Assembly (NCBI RefSeq): GCF_003918875.1
Contig: NW_025766658.1
Location: 1,054,001 to 1,118,000, forward strand
Reading direction: 5' to 3'
Length of the DNA stretch: 64,000 bases
Source of the DNA: Haliotis rubra
Lineage: Eukaryota
Shown here: piece after piece, positions 62,175-64,000 of the stretch
Layout of the letters: every line of letters starts with the position of its first letter
Position numbering within the stretch: position 1 is the first letter of the stretch
The notes under the pieces: model-generated
What the model was told of the DNA's origin: nothing
The model's database searches: none
The model's input: only the letters and a program-made list of their open reading frames with translations
Program-made: the position numbers and the translations under genes

Positions 62175-62724
62175 ATTCAAACTTGTATTCCTGCCTCCCT
62201 CATTTTAAACAGTATGCATTCACTCCAATGTCACACAAGGCCACAAGAGTTAGCTACCTTTAACACCCCCGCGTTTCTTCAGCAAATAATGTGTATCGAT
62301 CATGCATTGAACACTTTTCTGCCGTGTTCCTTTCATACTATTGTCTTGCGGCACGCGACATCCTTAATACTGGAAACCTCCGAAGGTAAATGAGCCAGTT
62401 CGCATGAGCGTGAACGTAGTCACGACACTGAATATCACATCAAACGGTGTATTGCTAGTTTGTTACGTCGTACTGGTTTCCGGGTGGTCAGGGACTGTTT
62501 GAAGCGCCTTGTAAAATCCGTTCATTTTGGACGGTGAATTCGTGACGAACCGAAATGTTCTATTTACGCTTTGGTCAACTCACGAGCACTGATATGATAC
62601 GAACATATAATGTATTAAAACAGGTTCGAATCTGGTTATTGAATCCCGGACTTTCATTACCAAGGGACTCAACTCTGCATTTATTTTTAAAAGAATAACA
62701 TTACCAAAACTACCAGACAGACTA

Positions 62725-63076
62725 GACCGCCTCCGTGGTGTAGTGGTTAAAATGTCCGCCCGGGGTGCGGAAGGTCGCGGGTTCGATCCCCGACCGCGTC
62801 ATATCGTTAAAATATGGTACTTGTTGGTCCCTGCCTGGCGCTCGGCATTAATGGGTACAACAAGGACTGGTCGGCTCGGAGTCAGTATAATGTGTCTGAG
62901 TGGGGTATTCATGCTTCACTGCGGCATGGTATCTCAGTGGGCTAGCACTATAAAACCAGCTTCAGTCTGGGCTAGTACAAGCAGCCGCACATACACACGC
63001 ATGCACTTCGTCATATGAGCGAAATATTCTCAAGTACGACGTTAAACCCAATTCCACCACCACCACCACCACCACC
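62725..63076 (+). mobile_element. Family C SINE, full length, (CAC)n tail
   Basis: A/B boxes, core, TSD ACCAGACA. Confidence 0.92.
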
Positions 63077-63315
63077 ACCAGACAAACGGTCAGGGGGACA
63101 AGACTGGAAGGGACAATGGCTAGGTGGCGCCTCTGACTAGGGGACTAAACGTCTAACAGTACTAGAATCTATGCTTTACTGTAAAACTACAATATTATAA
63201 CATATATGTTACATTGGACTATTTTCTGAAAGGCATTGTGTAGGCTTAGAATTCGAGCATGGGAGTCGTGCCAATTTACATTTTTCTGAGGGGTTCACAA
63301 AATATGTGACGTAGG

Positions 63316-63654
63316 TGAGGTGAGGTGAAATGGGGTTTAACGTCGTACTTACGAATATTTCGCTCAGCATGCGTGTGTTTGTGCGGCTGCTTGTACTAGC
63401 CCAAACTGAAGCTGGCTTAATAGTGCTAGCTCACTGAGATACCATGCCGCAGTTAAGCATGAATACCCCACTCAGACACATTATACGGACTCCGAGCCGA
63501 CCAGTCCTTGTTGTACCCATTGATGCCGAGCGCCAAGCAGGGACCAACAAGTACCATATTTAAACGTCTTTTGGTAGTGACGCGACCGGGGATCGAACCC
63601 TCGACCTTCCGCTCTCCGGGCGGACGCTCTACCCACAACACCACGGAGGCGGTC
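63316..63654 (-). mobile_element. Family C SINE, full length, inserted in a LINE relic
   Basis: Reverse complement of the 62725 copy; GTAGG-ending direct repeat on both sides. Confidence 0.92.
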
Positions 63655-64000
63655 TCGTTATGTAGGCTACCAGCTTTCAGACTTCCAAACTTTGAAACTG
63701 AAACAGTTTCTAAACCGTCATTTAGACGTGTTGCTGTTTTGACTGGATCATACGTTATTGTGTATAGTGATGCATCGTTTGCAAAGAGTCGTACATTACA
63801 ATCTATATCATCAATGAGGTTATATATTAACAATACTAACGTGCCCAAAACCGAACCTTGAGGACACCTGTCATCACCAGCATAGATTCCGAATTATATT
63901 CGTTTACAATTAATTTTGAATTCTATTATGAAGATAAGTTTAAAACCATTTCAGTTGATTACCACTAATTCCATAATATTAGGAGCGTAACCGGTTTAAA
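63655..64000 (-). mobile_element. Decayed reverse transcriptase fragment of a CR1/L2-like LINE
   Basis: GV(frameshift)QGSVLGTLVLLIYNLIDDIDCNVRLFANDASLY matches the GVPQGSVLGP...IND...LFADD motifs; the catalytic DD is mutated. Confidence 0.85.

Noticed and set aside
1-64000. Conserved bilaterian miRNAs, rRNA, snRNA
   Set aside because: None recognised by eye; a formal Rfam/MirGeneDB search was not possible, so absence is not proven.

Overview
AT-rich animal genomic DNA, most likely a mollusc. The SINE and MITE repertoire suggests an abalone-type gastropod, but this is inference from remembered repeat families, not a database result. Only one intact protein-coding gene is supportable: a minus-strand C2H2 zinc-finger gene with its CDS in one exon (36927-38438) and a probable non-coding first exon and promoter near 39.4-39.9 kb. 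The rest is a repeat-dense gene desert. It holds four short retroelement families with related 3' tails: A (tRNA head), B (no tRNA head, structured 5' end), C (tRNA head plus Meta-type core) and D (tRNA-Leu-like head). It also holds decayed RTEX-like and CR1/L2-like LINE fragments, many MITEs (Harbinger-like, hAT-like, Tc1-like, 9-bp and 5-bp TSD types, a Crypton-like foldback), seven minisatellites, one 427-nt assembly gap and several small inverted or dispersed duplications. Two things stand out. First, the 5' end of family B folds into a compact three-way junction with a pseudoknot and shows pairing-compatible variation between copies. Second, a partial-tandem plus inverted element at 52.7-53.25 kb carries a tRNA-like Pol III promoter on one strand and a non-canonical hammerhead-like motif on the other. 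Coordinates were counted by eye and may be off by a few bases.
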